Source: Armatimonadota bacterium
Lineage (GTDB): Bacteria; Armatimonadota; UBA10988
NCBI GenBank assembly: GCA_016235455.1
Contig: JACRKZ010000120.1
Location: 1-37,107 of the forward strand
Length of the DNA stretch: 37,107 bases
Direction of reading: 5' to 3'
In this document: one piece after another, positions 36,001 through 37,107 of the stretch
Position numbering within the stretch: the first letter of the stretch is position 1
Layout of the letters: the number at the start of each line of letters is the position of its first letter
Translations under genes and position numbers: made by a program
Notes under the pieces: generated by a model
The model's input: the letters and a program-made list of their open reading frames with translations, nothing else
Told to the model about the DNA's origin: nothing
The model's database searches: none

Positions 36001-36908
36001 CTGCCCCCCGTCAGCCTACCAGTGCCGAGCATTTGCAGCACACCAGGGCCGTCCTGCCAGTTCCATGGCACAGCGCTGGACTGGTGCTGGTGCCCATGTA
36101 GCACCAACTGCGCCCTCGCTTGGCCGACGACTTGCAGCAAGTAGTCTGCGTTGTCTATGCCCACCAAGTCAGCGACGAGCTTCGCGCGCTGCTCTTCGCT
36201 CAGCTGGCGCTGACACAAGTCGGCGGTCATCTGGCCCCTCAGGGGCTCTGGTACCGACGCCGGATTGTGGTGGAGCGCCACCAAGCGCACCGTCTCCTCG
36301 TTCCGACCCACCCAGTTGTCGAGCAGCGCCTGCATCTGCTGCTCGGAGACCGAACCGACGTGGTCGCCGTCCATGTGCGTCTCGCGTTCGCAGGAGTTCA
36401 CCAGCGCAACGCTCAGGCCCAAGTCGTCGAAGGCCACTACCTTGCCGCCCGACGGCAGTTCCGACTGGACAGCCCACTGTTCGCGACCGAGGAAGGAGGC
36501 GAGAAACACATCATATTCGCCGAACTTGCGCGCAGAAAGGTCTGCGCGCACCTTGTCCTCAGTGGATCTGTCGTAGGTAACATCCACCCAGGCGCGTGCG
36601 CATTCGTACCAGGACACATCGTGATTCCCAGGAACAAATACAAACTTTCCTCGCGACAACTTCCACCTACCAGCCAACTCCTCGTAGAACTCCTTGGCCT
36701 GCATGTATTCGGAACGATTGCTGGTCATGGCGACATCGCCGGTGGTGACCACGATGTCCGGCAACTGGACACCAAGCTCGCGGCACGCCCCGGCAGCGGC
36801 GTCGGCAACCAGCTTGCCAAGGACCCCCGGCGCATGCCCGGTCTGTGTATCCATGCCCCCGAAATGCAGATCCGAGAGATGCAGTATCGTGATGTCCGGC
36901 CGTGCCAT
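33000..36908 (-). CDS. Metallophosphoesterase-NACHT (STAND/NLR-like) protein, candidate antiphage defence
   Basis: All five calcineurin-like motifs (LHLSDLHFG, TGD, VPGNHD, LHHNP, LHGHQH), then MYVPLRL, Walker A GPAGSGKTT, Walker B LLADGWDE, VVVTSR, FAHIGFQEYLTA; long C-terminal region. Confidence 0.88.
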   Translation of the reverse strand: MARPDITILHLSDLHFGGMDTQTGHAPGVLGKLVADAAAGACRELGVQLPDIVVTTGDVAMTSNRSEYMQAKEFYEELAGRWKLSRGKFVFVPGNHDVSWYECARAWVDVTYDRSTEDKVRADLSARKFGEYDVFLASFLGREQWAVQSELPSGGKVVAFDDLGLSVALVNSCERETHMDGDHVGSVSEQQMQALLDNWVGRNEETVRLVALHHNPASVPEPLRGQMTADLCQRQLSEEQRAKLVADLVGIDNADYLLQVVGQARAQLVLHGHQHQSSAVPWNWQDGPGVLQMLGTGRLTGGRDELALKAEHTFHVIHLDRATSRCRRLPLCYNPLLSTTVDVRRGGYQRGETEALLATAPSARSESRVAIAVPSAPTSPEPASGRPVTTADTSGEWLAQYRRRLGGYGEFVRLPLGSESAGDAASGQVEARLDRMYVPLRLSDGGGGAKGDGGSVLLPGGVLDLERHLLIVGPAGSGKTTWARYTFRQLLRDERCLPMLLELRSVAARWDRTAEDPIRDLSSWLRDWVSAYAGPGLSELVETALRAETGPVPVLLADGWDELGELSAEVLEALHVLMKRCPRLRVVVTSRTAVSQLCFDPHVFDVREVMPLNNEEVDSLTKRSAAALYADDEDGRCAFIARFEAVQTASAAVTGLSRRPLTLTLALTYARYHSLPDTRVALYETCVASLLNALPAEYGSEGVRTPSGRYWRPDDAEERLRATAMLAYGLQTDGYRGASRRHVMSSPDVVTRHLSLLGWSAGQCQRFVCWLVERAGILADSPDGALHFAHIGFQEYLTAVHLNAAHDGAAARGSAFRHLAENMDWWETLRLWAGIMNRTSVGRVSSLGSELPEQRALFGAILADGAGTHQDLACWVDEWVRELNDGWPAGAEYCAAAWSASVQTRRRSLVGNTLSHRAHRMTWLAWQRVAQWCREALGLGLEPPPTWSFVVRAGRDLDGAGPSEESLAVGRTLAFFAPMWPNGNAGLLQAWPSSRRTAGLAAQVVASLGAPRNVTECVARYSQRIGVERLLPFDTREPGDILGWRPGPGRPYQFDRVRRLSECLRREPFMRRLIWPSRDLTVLEDYAALIALEITSDYETAGIADDVTRWALTRAGAIRGQADGTLRSRWSSEILGGLGEWRGTYDALAILARGPIAMSVHAFCAGLPAEHCSSGEADLVASACAKRFGQTTLERVGLGRADDCIAVALRVAHPMWHALANHIAGISTADDRAYLVGCAKNPPTDLPDEVQWGLKYTVRGDVWMGDGSVVTLDDLLGEELPYLEEMEPPIPIEEIWPEDEGA

Positions 36909-36935
36909 GAACCATCGCCCCCGCTAGCCAGCGCG

Positions 36936-36946
36936 ATGGTAGCACA
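36936..36946 (-). promoter_or_regulatory. Putative extended -10 promoter of the NACHT gene
   Basis: Minus strand TGTG-C-TACCAT about 28 bp upstream of the ATG, overlapped by the 8-bp inverted repeat ACCATCGC / GCGATGGT (36911-36940). Confidence 0.45.
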
Positions 36947-37050
36947 ACCAGATGCGCCGCGCACACCCCCCAACAACACGAACCGGACCGGCCGACGCAG
37001 CGCGTCGACCAGCCCGGCTCGGTCTATATCGGTCTGTAACCGCTAGCGGG

Positions 37051-37107
37051 TCACAGGGCCTCGCTGTCGGCCTCACCCGTGCGGATGCGGACGATGCGCT
37101 CGAGAGG
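37051..37107 (-). CDS. P-II family nitrogen regulator (GlnB/GlnK), C-terminal fragment; gene starts beyond the window
   Basis: The minus strand reads PLERIVRIRTGEADSEAL*; RIRTGE followed by a terminal AL is the P-II C-terminal signature. Confidence 0.85.
   Translation of the reverse strand, partial: PLERIVRIRTGEADSEAL

Noticed and set aside
37034-37056. Imperfect palindrome around CCGCTAGCGG at the P-II stop
   Set aside because: Overlaps the stop codon, has no U-tract and only a short perfect core; not enough to call a terminator or att site.

Overview
A very GC-rich bacterial window, mostly accessory and carbohydrate-metabolism genes. From left to right: the 3' end and right terminus of a Mutator-type (ISKra4/ISLre2-like) IS sitting just upstream of the argD promoter; argD; a 9-bp-periodic REP-like palindrome; a ribose-type ABC permease and binding protein with no ATPase; a GH106 alpha-L-rhamnosidase split by a frameshift; a SARP/BTAD-ATPase-TPR regulator; beta-carbonic anhydrase; a Clp-family AAA+ protein whose second ATPase module is degenerate; a cysteine synthase-family enzyme; a translationally coupled four-gene operon (corrinoid protein, MtaA/UroD-fold protein, DUF1638-like Cys-rich protein, soluble GAF-GAF hybrid histidine kinase), which is the best candidate for an undescribed system (B12/methylation-based signalling); a DUF1080 protein; an unassigned glycyl radical enzyme with its activase; a secreted Ig/FG-GAP/HExxH protein; a helical hypothetical protein; a DUF1361-like membrane protein; a GH27 alpha-galactosidase; a UroD-like protein whose last 105 bp are duplicated around an MNT/HEPN toxin-antitoxin module; a metallophosphoesterase-NACHT (NLR-like) candidate defence gene; and the 3' end of a P-II gene. 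All family calls come from reading motifs by eye; no database search was run.
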